From Phoronis australis (lineage: Eukaryota; Animalia; Phoronida), in contig NMRA01000065.1 of the NCBI GenBank assembly GCA_002633005.1, positions 54,043-118,042 of the forward strand: a DNA stretch of 64,000 nucleotides. The letters are read 5' to 3'. The notes beneath the pieces are model-generated. The model saw only the letters and a list, made by a program, of their open reading frames with translations, was not told where the DNA came from and did no database searches. Position numbers and translations under genes: made by a program. Positions 22,681-36,767 of this stretch are shown here, in pieces (position 1 is the first letter of the stretch; each line of letters starts with the position of its first letter).

Positions 22681-24289
22681 ACTAAATTAGTTACTTATGT
22701 AGGAAAAAGTGGCGTTCTACCGTTTTTCTGCTGCTAAAGTTGTGGTGCGATCTTTTAAGTCGGGTTTCAACGCCACGTAATAGTTAGCCACCCATTGGCC
22801 ATTTTCTCTTTTCGACGATTCTTCAGTCAACTCTTTTCCTTCCACGAGATTACGTACATGTCACAAAAAATTACCGGAACTGGTTTCATTTAGTTTAAAG
22901 TTTTTAATCTCAGTTTTAATACCAGTAAACCGAATTTCAGAATAAATTTGCCTGCAGTGAAGTTGTCATCATCTCCTGAGAGATGTCGCGCAAATCTTGA
23001 GCGCACTGTTTTCAAAACCACGACTTACTCTTCATTTTTACAAAAGGTAAAGAGGTACTCGATAAAATGGCGTTTATTTAACTTTTTTCACTTTTACGGC
23101 AAAGAAGTACTCGAGAAAATGACGTTCATTAGATTTTTTTCACTTTAACGTTTCAGTGTAACGGGCAAGGTGAGTGTCGAATGATAACCAGTGCATACAC
23201 CCCCGGCGGTCTTTATTTCTGCATGATGATGTAAGTTTCACAGCGAGGTGACGACTACAACTACCTGGGTTGTATGCAATTTCGAGGTCTGTCGGCGCTG
23301 AACACACAGTGCTCCTAGCTGTATTTTGACCAAATGACAACAATTTTGATGCTCGCACGTGGAGGTAACTAACTAGGTACCAGTGAGATCGGGCGTTGGC
23401 TTATGAAATAAATGCTCTTGTGTTCCCCAAAAGGTGGCGATAGTTAGGTCACTTGCATAGCAATATACACGTAGCATGTGTGTTCGCATCGTACATGTAC
23501 ATGTTTGTATATATGTGATGGTAACTGGACGCATTACGTTACGTCATGGACTTACCACTGACGTCATAGAATCACTGGGTTTACTGGTATGGCTTACGAC
23601 AGATTTCATGGAACCGACGATGCGCACAGAAATTGATGAAAGAGAAAGGGGATTAGACGCAATGGCATCGTTGGCTGGTGGGAGGAAGGCATCCGCCCGC
23701 AGATTACGGGAGTGAAGATGCATTCCTTGCACGCGTCCGTGTTTTACGAGCGTAATCGTTCGAACATCCTTTGAGTGATCGAGAAATCGGGTTGAGCTCT
23801 GAAAAAGTTGTACCCTCGTTGTTTACAGAAATAAGTCCTTACGCTCAAAATGGATGAACATCGATTGTAAAACAACGTGTGAGATGTAGTAATTGGATAC
23901 TGAATAATAGACTGATGCACTAGCCTATGGTGGAAGTGTAAACTTCGCCTGTATATCATGGCTGGATGGTGTGTCTTAATGAAACACATTTTGCTGTCTG
24001 ATTATGTAGAAGACATTTCAACAGGAGGTATTGAAACTTGTCACGTCACTAACACTCCTCTGAACGCTTACTTCAAAAGTCTTCGGCTTCCCGACCACCC
24101 TATTGCCCGCCATCTTGGTGATAATTATGACTGCAAGTTAATTTGCAATTTGAGTTGTCGGAACTTTCGACGTCAGTAAAATTACGCTAGTGCACGCAAG
24201 TTAATTTACGCTCGTGAAGCATACTCGTAATTCACGAACGTATTGTACGCTCGTAAACACGGGAGTGATATGTGTCTTACAAACGTATA

Positions 24290-25118
24290 CACCGGTGACC
24301 TAAAGTCGTGAATATAAGCATAATAAGCAGTTGATTGTCATACTACTCAGTGCCCGTTTGCAACTGCTCATGTGATGTCATGGACATGTATCAGCCTTCA
24401 CAAATATACGTGTTTTGACAATCTTAATCCTTGTTTGTATCCGTGAGCAGAGTTTTAAAACTATCGCTGATATCGCCGGCCATTTTGAATGAGGCCCTAA
24501 AGTCGTGAACGTTTCGTTTAGACGGAAATGCACGAAGTATGACCACACATGTCAACTACAGTGCTTACAGTTACTATAGTCCTAGCAGTTACTCTAGATG
24601 ACATAAAAATGCATTGCATTGTTTATTACAATTTCAATTGAAATAAATTGTTATAAGTTTTGCACCCAACTTTGATGTGCACAGACGTTTTCAATGAGGT
24701 TGTTCACGTAAAACGCTAAGAACCCAGCATCAATTATCGCTCTGTATTTTATTGTTTTGGCCTTACAAAACTTGATCGACCCTGGTACATTTTGATACAT
24801 TGTTCAAGGTACCCCTGCACCCCTGGAGCGCGTGTTTGAGTAAATCTGAACGATAAATATTTTCGAAAATATATCCCAAAAATGCCCAAAAAAGTGGATT
24901 AGTGAAATATGCTGTTTTGAAGATACATTTGAAAAAAGAAGCCACTCACTCACTGTTTGTTATCATATTGTGAATACGAACACGTCCGGGTATTCGTTTG
25001 ACGTTCATAAGCAGACGAACGCTGGAAACTTCAACGCCAGATGTCGCAGGACAGTACAGAAGAGGAAATAAGATCGTTCACGACTTTAGGGCACTCACGA
25101 CTTTAGGACCTCTGACGG
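24290..25118. mobile_element. Degenerate Tc1-like MITE with repeated CCTAAAGTCGTGA motifs
   Basis: CCTAAAGTCGTGAA at about 24299 and 24495; inverted copies TCACGACTTTAGG at about 25078 and 25095; TA on the flanks. Confidence 0.55.
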
Positions 25119-25755
25119 TAATTTACGAGCGTAAATTACGGTCGACACTTTCCTCCAAAGGGCCAGCCATACAAACGCACACATGAGTAGTAGGCAGAAA
25201 CTGCTTACAAGTAAATTTCCTAACCATGGCTTTCAGCCTTTGTACTCGATATCAAACTCTAAATTATTTTTGCCATTTTCCGACCTACTAAATAAAAGCT
25301 CAAGATAAGTACTCTACTGTATTGGGTTAACGGGGACGACTGTGTTATCCTAATTTGCACTTGATGACCCCAGCATTAAAGCAACTTCGGCTATGAACTC
25401 AAAATTCTGAGTTGAGTTTTTATAGCTGAAATATCAAGTTTGTAGCTCGATGAGTTGTCAAATGCGAACTTGGACTAGAAACCCACAAACCATAAGGTAC
25501 TCGAGAACAGAATAATAGACACTTATACTGAGATCCTATTAAAGCAGTACCGAAAATATCAAAACTAATTTAGATTTCGAGTGCAAGATTAGATGCGTTG
25601 CGCGATATATATTTATATATATGAATAGTAGGATGAAGATGTCTCAGAGCTGAAAAACGAAAAACCGTTACAAGGATTGCTTACAACTTATTTTGCCACT
25701 AGCATATAACCATGGGTTCTGTGCTTTTCCGTATCGGTTCTTCATTGTTTTAATA

Positions 25756-25981
25756 CATGCGCGCACCTAGGGGCCGGGGGGGACTCGGATGAGCCCCCCA
25801 TTCGATGGAGTGGGCAAAAAGGTCAGCCCCAGAGAAGCAAAAAGTCCAAAAAAAACAAGACAAAAGTCTACAAATGCACAATTCATAGCCCTGTTTTTTT
25901 TTAGTCCCCATTTTTTGTTAGGAAAAGGTACACATCGTCAAAACTTCGCGCCCGCTATATTTCATGCTGGGTGCGCGCGTG
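25756..25981. mobile_element. hAT-like short MITE
   Basis: TIR CATGCGCGCACCTAG / CTGGGTGCGCGCGTG with G-run/C-run subterminal motifs; TSD unclear. Confidence 0.55.
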
Positions 25982-27111
25982 CAATACAGCGAAACACCGA
26001 GAACATCGAAAAGTAAACGAAAACTTGTGAAATGCGTCCAACACTACGCATTTGAGTTTATTACATGTCAACGAGAATATTTACATACTTTTATATCTAT
26101 CTTGCTGGCAATATGGCATACATAATGTACATTATTTACAACGAACTTTTTCATCGTCAAGGATTGAACTTACTTACGAGTGCGTCAAATTGCCTTTCCT
26201 CAGTCAAATTATTCAGCAGTGAGGCAGTGCCGTTTATACGCAACACTTACGTTATGACAACGCAATTTCCATTCACCAGCTACATAAGACACAACATTCG
26301 GGATTCCCCACGAACTTTTGCTCTGGTGCTCTGCAGATTTCTGGCAAAAATAACATATAGGCAAACTTCCGTAAGCTGTTTTTGATCAGTTCAAAGCACT
26401 CCCGCAAGTTCGGTGCCACCTAAGAATTGGAAAATAAACTTTTGACAAAAGGCTGTGCCGCCACCGACGGTAGTCACACATTTTAAGCCCGTGGACAGCC
26501 CGATCTTATTTTATAGTAGGGAGTGTAATCAACGATATTTCGGTACCCGGCCAAAATGAAAAAATGAAACCCATGTTCATACCAGGAGCTGGAATTGTGT
26601 CCTTGTCTATACCAATTGAAAGTTGGTTTAAAACATGACCCCTATTTATACACGTACCTCATATTCCAAATGTCTATTCAAACTATACCATATCCTCTTT
26701 TTAAGTACTTTTAAGTGAAGTGATGCTTTTGACATCCCCTCATCTGCCACAAAGATTTTTTTTTCAAGTTTGTTAGTCGAAAAGAACACCCGTCACCTAT
26801 ATTTGCCAAGGAATCCTAGTAGACCTTTTCAAAATAAAAATGACTGTTTATTGGTGCATTCTTGAATGTAAGCATCTTCGACCAAGCTTAGGACTTCTCT
26901 CCGAAACTTGCCGCAATGCACACATTGTTTTGTACATTGCGTCCATCTTTGTTTCCAGTGCCGTCCTTTGAACATTCACCTTGTCCTGAAGTGTGGATGA
27001 AGCTATGACAATATCGGCCTTGACATTTCCGGTACGCCCATAGTCAGTCAGTCGTTTCAAATCATTCTCCGAGAGATGCATTTATCCTAACGATGTATTC
27101 CAAAGGTAAAA

Positions 27112-27249
27112 TCAAGTTCTTGCATCGGGAATAGATGTCAGTTCCGCGGGGTTGAGTGGCTTTAGTTGGCCCGTTACTTTATCTTTTACCATATGGGTAC
27201 CTTTGACGCGTTTCCACTTCATTCGCCGATTTTGAAACCAGACTTTTAC
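27112..27249 (-). CDS. Mox: Mox exon 3 (helix 3 and C-terminus)
   Basis: Acceptor actttcag|; encodes [45 protein letters not shown]; too short to appear in the ORF track. Confidence 0.96.
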   Translation of the reverse strand, partial: VKVWFQNRRMKWKRVKGTHMVKDKVTGQLKPLNPAELTSIPDART

Positions 27250-30200
27250 CTGAAAGTTAATAATTTATAAAGCTGCGTTTCCTCAGTATTTAGCTACCAA
27301 AAACGAAGAACGAATAAATAGACCTTATCCCATAAAATTGGTCTCATAATATTCCTTGCCATGACAGGACTTGATATGAGTTGCCAATAAAACATCAAAA
27401 CCATAAGCGACCCAAGAAAACGCTTCAAGGATTTTTGTAGACGGCCAACTCTAAAATTGCGAATTCGAAAATGGCGCATGAACGCACTTGAGTTGCCGGC
27501 TCTTATAAACCTAATTCACGCCGACAGGAGGCGTGTTCCACAACGAGGCTCGCTTTGGATTTGAATCAGCGTCTACCGCGTGAATTAGGTCTATATAGGC
27601 AACAATTCAGTATGGGATGAGAATGATGATGTTTTTATACAAACAACGCGCTTTGGTTTAGAGCTCAACACTGCCAACTTTAGAGCGGAGAAATGCTCCT
27701 TTAAGAACTGCACGTGCAAAATATTGTAAATTAAACGGCATCGTTAACTCCTAACTTGCAGAAATATCAACGACTCCCTCTTCAAGGAGTTACAAATCTG
27801 AGAATATAACAGAAATTGTACGTTGCCAAATACAACAACTTAATCCTAAGATCTAATAATCTTCTTAAATATTTACGTGTATTGATGTGGAAATTCTATC
27901 AGCTTAACTGCACTGGCTTGCGAAACGGCTGATATTTGAAAAATAACGTGACTTTACCGACATAAGTTTAAGGAACCGTTCTATAACCGAAAACACATCT
28001 TTTGGGGTTATTGTTGAATGGGATAGACTGTTCTTGAAGTTATTAGATTTGACCAGAGCTACAAAACAATGAAATCCGCAGTGTTTCTGTGATTTAGTAC
28101 AAATTGACAATTCTCGCCGACATCTGCCAGATATTCATTGAAATCAAGGCAGTTGACTTCACCACTTAAAATACACTTACATGAGTAAGTTACACTGTCA
28201 TTTAACGACAGACAATTCGCTCTCCAGCACAGTATTAGGCTGTGACCGTGAAGGGTCCCGGTTCGAAGCCGCGCTGGGCTGATTTCAGAAAAATCCCCTT
28301 TCACGCCGATAATATCTAATGTCATCTAAATAAACATTAAGCACTGAATTTCACTGAAAAGGCAAGATTTCACTATTCACAAATTAAAGCTACCCATTTT
28401 TCACTCGTTTAAAAAGCTTCGAAGGCCAACATTGCACAAAATTTGTGCTCGAAAAATAACAAAAACAAACCACTGTCACGGAGGCACATGACATGAATCG
28501 CCCTTAACATTAAATATGAGTTCTGATTAATACTTTTTTCCAGACACATTTTTCATTTTCAAAAAATACTGTTCTGTTCATCTAGCCTTGAATACTTTCT
28601 ACTGTTCTGAAAAGACCACGCCCACGAGGATTTGGCCAGAAGCTAGCTACAGAGTAGTACGAGGTGGGGTGCATATATGTCGCAAAATCATCTGAGAAAA
28701 TTAGCAAAACACAACAGTTGCAGTTTTTGTGCATAATTCAATTAAACAATAATGAAAGTCGCGACTAGTGATGATAGATTAATATGTTACTCAACTCAAT
28801 ATTTAAATAAACAAATTGACGACTTTATAAATGAGTTAGTTTTATGAACCCCCTCATTAATAAACGGTTAGTTTTTATTTGTAATGCGTCTTGTAGGAAA
28901 AAAACAATATGTCCAAACTCATTCATTAAAGAAATTATGAGTTATCAAGTAAAATTTACAACAAAAACATGGTAAAATCCGTTACTGACGATGAAAAGTA
29001 AAACCAATTAAAATAAAATATAGTCGTGAAGCAAGACTTATATCGATATATGTCCTCTATTTCATTTCGTAAAATGTTTTACATTTTTTTTTTGAAATTT
29101 AACTTCTTTTTACTATCTGAAAATGCTGGGCTACTAAGTTAAAAATAACAAATTCTGTCAAATAATTCCCAGTACATCATGACCCAAAATAAAGACTAGT
29201 TCTTCCGTTGCCCATAGCAACTCTAACAAGCTGTCGTTCAAGAAGAAAACGATGTTTAATGGCAATAAATCGAAGTAATTCGCCATTCCGTCGTGCCAGT
29301 TTTTGTGTATTCTGCCTGACTTTTGCATTAATTCGCAGGATTTGATGACTGTTCCAGGTGGCTGCACTAGACTTCAGATAATTATGTCTATAGTTGGCAC
29401 TTTAGGTGGCCGGATCGTATTGTTTTTAGGAAACCAGTGCCTCTACAACAACATGTCGGTTAAAATTATAAAACATATTATCGTCTCATAAAATAATGAA
29501 AGGTTTAAGGAATGTGAAACATGACAAGATTTTGATATTTAATCGGAATTAAGGTCTGATTGACAATACACAATATGAGCAATAAAACTAGTCAGTTTCT
29601 GAGTCACTCAAAAAATTCCGGATACAAACAGCCGTTATACGTAGTTCTCAGTCTTAACTTGACCACCATAATTCATCATTACATATCTGTCCACGATTCT
29701 AATAGAGAACTTAAAATCTTAAAAAATATTTTCTATCAAAATTAAAATAATTAAAAAATTGCAGTTGTAAAACAATTGCGTAAATGACTCACACAATACA
29801 AGAAACTAGATTTGTCGCGCAGGTGTTTTGATGAAAACTCAACTTAATTTAAAGTAAATCGCTAAAATTTACCAATTCTGTATTGAAAGATTGATAAATC
29901 AAGTTGAATCAGTCACTAGATACACGATTTCTTTTAGAGCTTTATAGGTGTCACAGTATTAGATTTACCTGTCGTTCTGTGAGATCGAGAGCAACTGCAA
30001 TTTCATAGCGCCGTAACCTCGTAAGATAGTTATGAATGGCGAATTCTTTTTCCAGTTCCTTTATTTGGTATTTTGTAAATGCTGTTCGTTCCTTTCTAGG
30101 TTTTGTAGATAGGTCTAACTGGTATGAGTCGGAATTTCCTGCAATAACAAAAGCTTCATTGAATATGAAGTAATCGGGACTGGATCTAACGAGCTGCAGG

Positions 30201-31884
30201 TCGCATTTGCTCCAAAACGAGCTCGGGTTATGGCCAGGTCGCAAACAACGACCTGGTACATTTCAGCTAAAGTTCAACTATTGAAGTCTGAATGTACAAT
30301 GGAGGAAACTTACATAACCGTCATAAAGTCGATCTACATTCCTGATGCATTTTGTTAGTAGTCAGGAACACGCCAACTTTTTGGCCTTCCCAGAGATCAA
30401 AAACAAAACATTGATTGGGGTGTAAGAGTTTTTAAATTATTTTGATAACACAGTTTTTCTTTGTTTTACCAATTAAAAACAGATTGAATTTCGAAAATCA
30501 AAAGAAGTGACTAAAATAGAACCATTGCGAAAATCCCTGTAAATATTTGTGTATTTTTACTATCAATTTATAAAAAATGAAGTTTATTTAACTTCGTCTG
30601 TCGCTTTCTAGAGTATACTTACTAATTCTGCAATAAATTCGGTTTGCTTGGAAAGTAATAGATGATGTGTAAAGACCCAGTATTATTTCGAAATTTGCTG
30701 ATTTTTAAATTAAAATCAAAATTAAATCAATTAAAATAGGTCTGTCATAACCCTCTTCACCACCATGAACAGGAAAAAGTGCATTTAACATGCTTGAAAG
30801 TATTAGAAGTAGTGAAGAATAAATAAAACATCAATTATCAGTCCCCGCAAGAATTATGCAAGTCTCAACTCCTGTGTTGCCATTCTTATTCAACTGGTTT
30901 GGGCTGTAATTTATTTGCATTACACGCGTGCCACAGCACTCGCTGATATGGTGATAAAAATAACTTAAGACACTGAAAAAATAAATAAAGCCAGCAATCA
31001 ATCGCAAATGACCAAAATATTTATAACCAACAAGCTCACATCTATCCATTATTTGTTGTCAGTGCAGCTGTGCAGGAACCATAGGACCAATGGTCACATT
31101 AGCGGTTTGCGGTGAATGATGCGTTTTTTCGTCCTTCTGTGGTCATTCCTTAACTATGATACACTATTATAATAAAAGCCTAGCTCAGCTACTTAACAAG
31201 ACTCCTTTGCTCTTCACTATATTTTGGACAACATCTCGTTTTTTATTCACGAGCACGGGAGACGTTTGTATATTACACGCCGTGCTGTATAGATGTCTTT
31301 ACCTACAGTAGATATGGTGCACGTTCGCCACAGTATTAATAATTAAACGAGCGTCCTTTGAACGCAGAGTCATCATATAATACCGACACATGTTGTACTG
31401 TTTCAATGATTAGGCTAATGTACTGTCATTTGTGATCATACCAAAGTAATGCTAAGTCGTAACTTTCTCATTTTCGATGTCTTTCCAAGTACTCCCTTAG
31501 TCCATGGGTGTATTTAGGGGGCAAGGGACCAGCCCCCCCCTACAGACACAACGACAAAATAAGAAACCTGTGAACATGGCCTATTTATGACTTTCGTTGA
31601 CACTTCCGCCGAAAATTGTGGTTGCCCCACTCCCCCCCCCTTCCGCTCCCAAGGACACCGTCTAGAGATCCGCCAGTTCAGACGGCTTCATACACGAATA
31701 TTGATATATGTACTTCAGTCACATTCGAAATGTGCGACTTTTACAGATNNNNNNNNNNNNNNNNNNNNNNNNNNNNNNNNNNNNNNNNNNNNNNNNNNNN
31801 NNNNNNNNNNNNNNNNNNNNNNNNNNNNNNNNNNNNNNNNNNNNNNNNNNNNNNNNNNNNNNNNNNNNNNNNNNNNNNNNNNNN

Positions 31885-31930
<46 letters not shown>

Positions 31931-34900
31931 CTAAATTCTGAAGCTATTTCCAACAAAAAGCTAAACTTTGAGGTATCATCTCATCATTACTACGAATGTC
32001 CAGCACACCGGCCACCATTTCCACTAGTTCCCTCAGTTCAACACATCAAAGACACCGCGGAAGAACCATCTCAGGCCCAACGTGACATCATACCTTGCAT
32101 TCGCAGACAAACAAACAATGATCCAATGGGAAGGCCCGCAAATTGAGGTTAATGGCGAGATGGTGGCAATTATAACGCCATTAGTGGTTTACGAACCGTC
32201 TTGTTATGTGCAAAAGGCGTGGTGACAACAAACGTGGAATGAAACGTAGCTTGATGTGGCGTGGAGGACAGTGGGCGAACAAGACATTTGTATTTTTAGA
32301 TATTGTATGATTCAACTCGAGACCTTGGACTTGGCTTGCGGCCAGGAACGTTTCAAGAACGCCTCCGTCACGTGCAGCATAAGAAAAAGTAAATTTTGAC
32401 CATATTCCTGACGAAACGGCAACAATCGCGAGAACAAACTCACTCAAATCAACTATAGTCAATTTTCTGGCTGCACAAAGGAAACGAAATACCTGTAATT
32501 GGTCATTGTTCCCTGTTCCCAACAGAGGCTTTATTTTTCCAAATTTTGATCACGTGATAACGCCCCAGCATGCAACATCCTTCGGTTATTCTCTGGCGAA
32601 GTGGTATCGTATACACGTCTGTCAACAACAGGCCCCGATTTCATTTCAAGTTTACCGACGTGACAAATTTTCAAAGCTCTCTGTACAGTTCACAGGTTCC
32701 GAACACATGTTGGCGTGTCTTGCAGTTGTGTTTTATGTCTTCTCAGTGCTGTTCATTGCAATGGAAACCAGACTGCCCTAATGTGTCACGCTTCATTAAC
32801 TACAGTCCGAGACTCCCCAGTTATGGCCCTCGCATGTGCGGCCAGTGCAACATTATTTACTCTCAATACGGTCAAAGATGTCGAAAAAAGAAAATCACAC
32901 CCGTTATAATTATAATACAAAATTTCAAACTTACTCTTTCCTTTGAATTCATCAATTTAGAACACATGACGTGTTTTGTCAGACGAAAGAATATCACTAA
33001 AATATAAATATTTCGTAAATTTCAGCCGTATTTGTCACGAAGTTTTAAATTAAAACGAAGCGGACAATTTAGAACACGTGACGTGTTTTGTCAGACGAAA
33101 GATATCACTAAAATATAAATATTTCGTAAATTTCAGCCGTATTTGTCACGAAGTTTTAAATTAAAACGAAGCGGAAACAGCCTCTTTCACATTTAGAAAC
33201 GTGAACGTTTTCAGGATAGCAGGCGTATCTATTTATTTACAAAATTGAAATAAAGACCAACCCAAATCTTTAACACATTTCACAAATGGGAAATTCAAAT
33301 TAATAGTATCTACTGTGATTAGGTATTCCCACAGGCACTTCGAATCTCACATTTTTAAAGTCAGTATTAAAACAACAACTTTTTCACCGGCAAACTTTGC
33401 TTTTCTACAGCAACGAAGTCTTGTTCTTATCCTTTGTTTCACTGGAATTGTTTACCATTAAATCCTCACGAATTCCTCTGGTGGCTGCCATACTGCTTCG
33501 GCGGCTGAAAGTAACCCGCCGTGACAAGTGAACTTGACGAGCCTGGTCAGAAGCAACTGAGAGTTGTCAGTTCTTTCCAAGCTTTGAAATGACTTCTAAT
33601 CTGAGTAAAGACCAACTTGACGACGAGTAGTTTAACTCAGCAGCTAGGTATTGTTGAGAAAAGACTCATTGGCCGCTATCGCTTTGAACTTCGTGTGTTC
33701 ATGTTGTACATTCACAGTCACTCATTTCACTTATGAATTCATCAGCAATTCCTTTGTTTTTTAATTGCCAAGTGCTCAGATCATTCTAAATGGGCAAGCA
33801 CTCTAAATGTAAATAACAAAACGAATCATAAGCTACAGTGTCATTTAGAAAAAGGCGAATTTAGTGTAAGTACCACCAAGTAACAATTGCAACATTGCGC
33901 GGTTTGTTACACCACGTGTTCTCTCTTCATGCACTAATTCCGGATTTGAATTTAAGTCCTAAGGCACAGCTTCTGTCCGTGTTCATCGTCTGCATTGAAG
34001 AGAGGTCTAAAGAAAAACAAAATCGAAAATTTGGCTTTTGGAAGTCAAAACAATGTAATAAAAATCTGAAATGGGATATAGTTGTTTTAAGAAATCCCAG
34101 ATGGACTGCTGACTTCAAATGTATTCTATTTAAAAAAAATTTCGAAAAAACTCCCACTTTGATTTCATGCATCGACACTCTGTCGCGTTGCGCCCTCTTG
34201 CGGAAAATCAAAGAACGAGTGTGATCAGCAGTGTCGATACACGACGGTGACAGATATACAGTCCATCAGCAAGTGCCGTTGACTGTTTGCCAGATGTTCA
34301 AGCTTTTGATGGCGAACAGATTATCTCTGTCAATCTGTGACTCACACCTAACAGGCTGGGGGTAGTCACCAGACAGAAATGTAAAAACAAATGTATCGGT
34401 ACGCTATGCAGAAAAATACCATTGTGTCCAAATGCGTGTCCAAAAGGAAGATTGAGTTACATTGTCTGGACTCGCCAGTGGGTACAAAAATACACTGTTT
34501 TAGAATTTATTATTAATAAGGTTATGCAGAACCCTACAAAATTGTCCACATCTGACTAACTTCGGAACATCATAACTCAGAAATGGCTGATCTGAACCAA
34601 ATGAAACTCTCAGACACTATGCTTAGCGCAAAAATCTCCAAATGTTGATTGGAATAAATTCAGATCGACCCACTTTTTGGGAGAGGGGCTACAAAAATAT
34701 GACTATCATGATTCTAATCAAAAAATCAAAAACTGCACAAAACGAAAACTAAATGATAATTTTGAAAAGATGAGATTTCATTTTGACCAGTTATATCAAA
34801 CAAAATTTGGCAATATCACTGTCGTCATTGTTTTGCTATCAGTCTCACTAAAAGGTTATGGTCACGCGGCTCAATCAATGGCAGATTGATATAAAGTTAA

Positions 34901-36711
34901 ATATCAAATTCTACTGGCTTTCTGCTTTCCGAAAAAATATTTTTACAAAGTTAAACTTCATAAATAAACTTAGTAGATATTTGCCTGAAAGCTCAGAGTT
35001 GACGATAATGTCCGATTATTACACGCGCGTGAAACTGACGCTTTTAAGAAAGCCAACTAGGAGCCTACGGTAAAGGAAATGAGAAATGTCTTTAATCACA
35101 TTTGCTCATATAGTACATTAAAAGATTCATCTGAACTTTACACATATAGCAGAGGGCGTGCTAATTTACACGTCCTGTCTCTTGGACTTTTTAGAGTTTT
35201 TAACACAAGTGATAGAGGTCAGCACTTGTGGTAACAACTTCACGGTACTTCAAAATTTCATACCACATTCACAAAAATATTGCTGTCAAAACAGCATTTT
35301 GCAGTAAAACAAACCGCCGCGGACCAAATGGCCCGCAGTACTGTGGGAATACAGTCGTTAACTTGCCGCCCACAGCATGTGCCGGGTAATACAGGAGCAG
35401 TTAATGTCACCTAACGACAGAGCGAGTAATTCGGCAAACGACCCATTAATCTTCGTGGTGAAACACGTGGTCACCAGACGAGGACGACAGAAGTGTTACG
35501 AGGTTATTTAATAGATTAGTCAAGTGATGAAACAATCATATTAATCGGATTCGTCGTATCACGAGTTATACGAAAAAAAAACAAAACGTCAAGTCTCCTG
35601 TGAGAGTATACATTTGTAGCAAAGAGCTTGCACCATTGAAAATACAATCCCGGGTCTAATTCATCCAAGGTCGCACGCCTGGTCTAAGCTAAGACGGCCG
35701 TGCCTTGAAGTTTTACTGGTTCACAATTCAGTAGGTTTATGAAGGTGACGCGTGGGATTGAATGCGAACTACATGTAAGGTACAAGTTTACGTCAGTTGC
35801 AATGTTTCGCATCGTCATATTTGCACGTGCCTACGACCAGTCGTACGACCTATAATAAGATGGGGTACCTGGGACTTCAGTATTTGTTAAAAGTCAGATT
35901 GAAAATTTGCTTTTCTTGACGACAACAACCCAACAACCATAATGTCATTTCTTATCATTTTTGTTTCGAAACTAACTTGTCTATCAATGTAAATATCAAA
36001 CGACGTCCATTTAGAAAGCTGCGAAATCAACATTTTTGAAAAAAAATTCGCATGTTTGATGCAGGACATGGATGTTGACACGTCGAATGAAACCACGACC
36101 TCTGAACACGACACGCTGGTTTTATCACCCAAGATTCCTCGGAATTCTCGTTATATCATTATGTCTTTGGACCACCCAAACTTAAAGGGAGACCCAATGA
36201 AGTTTCACAGTGAAACTAACATAATCGCCTGTAGCAGCTAACAGCCGAAATCCCACCATGTGGGGGAAGCAAGGCCTAGTATCTTAGAATGACCTTACAG
36301 TGAAAGTTTGGTTCATGCTGCCAGGTCAGTTTACCAACTGGGCACTGTCAATTTGTCAACGATTTCGGGAAAGTTTTGGTAGATATCAAGATAAAGCGCG
36401 TACCCCTTAGCAAACTTTTGATGACATATACGATGGAGATATTGAGTTGATGATGAGATCCAGGGAGAAGAAACACGACAAAGACGATGTCAAGGAAAGG
36501 AAAGGATGAGATGATTCTATTGCTACTGCTGCTGCTGCTACAGCTGCTGCTGCTGCTGGCGACACTGCTCCAACTGCTGCTGCTGCTGCTACTGCTGCTG
36601 GCGACATTGTTCCTACAGCTGCTCAGCTGTTCCTACTGCTGCTACTGCTGCTGCTGCTGTTGCTGCTGCTGTTGGCGACACTGTTCCTACTGCAGCTGCT
36701 ACTGCTCTTGG

Positions 36712-36767
<56 letters not shown>

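Noticed and set aside
26848-27081. 77-aa ORF just downstream of the Mox stop (possible readthrough or extra exon)
   Set aside because: In-frame readthrough of the Mox TGA meets TAA ten codons later, before this ORF starts. It has no recognisable motif, so I treat it as 3' UTR.
31587-32146. ORFs with THTH/CVCV tracts
   Set aside because: Translation of the N gap and the (CA)n microsatellite.
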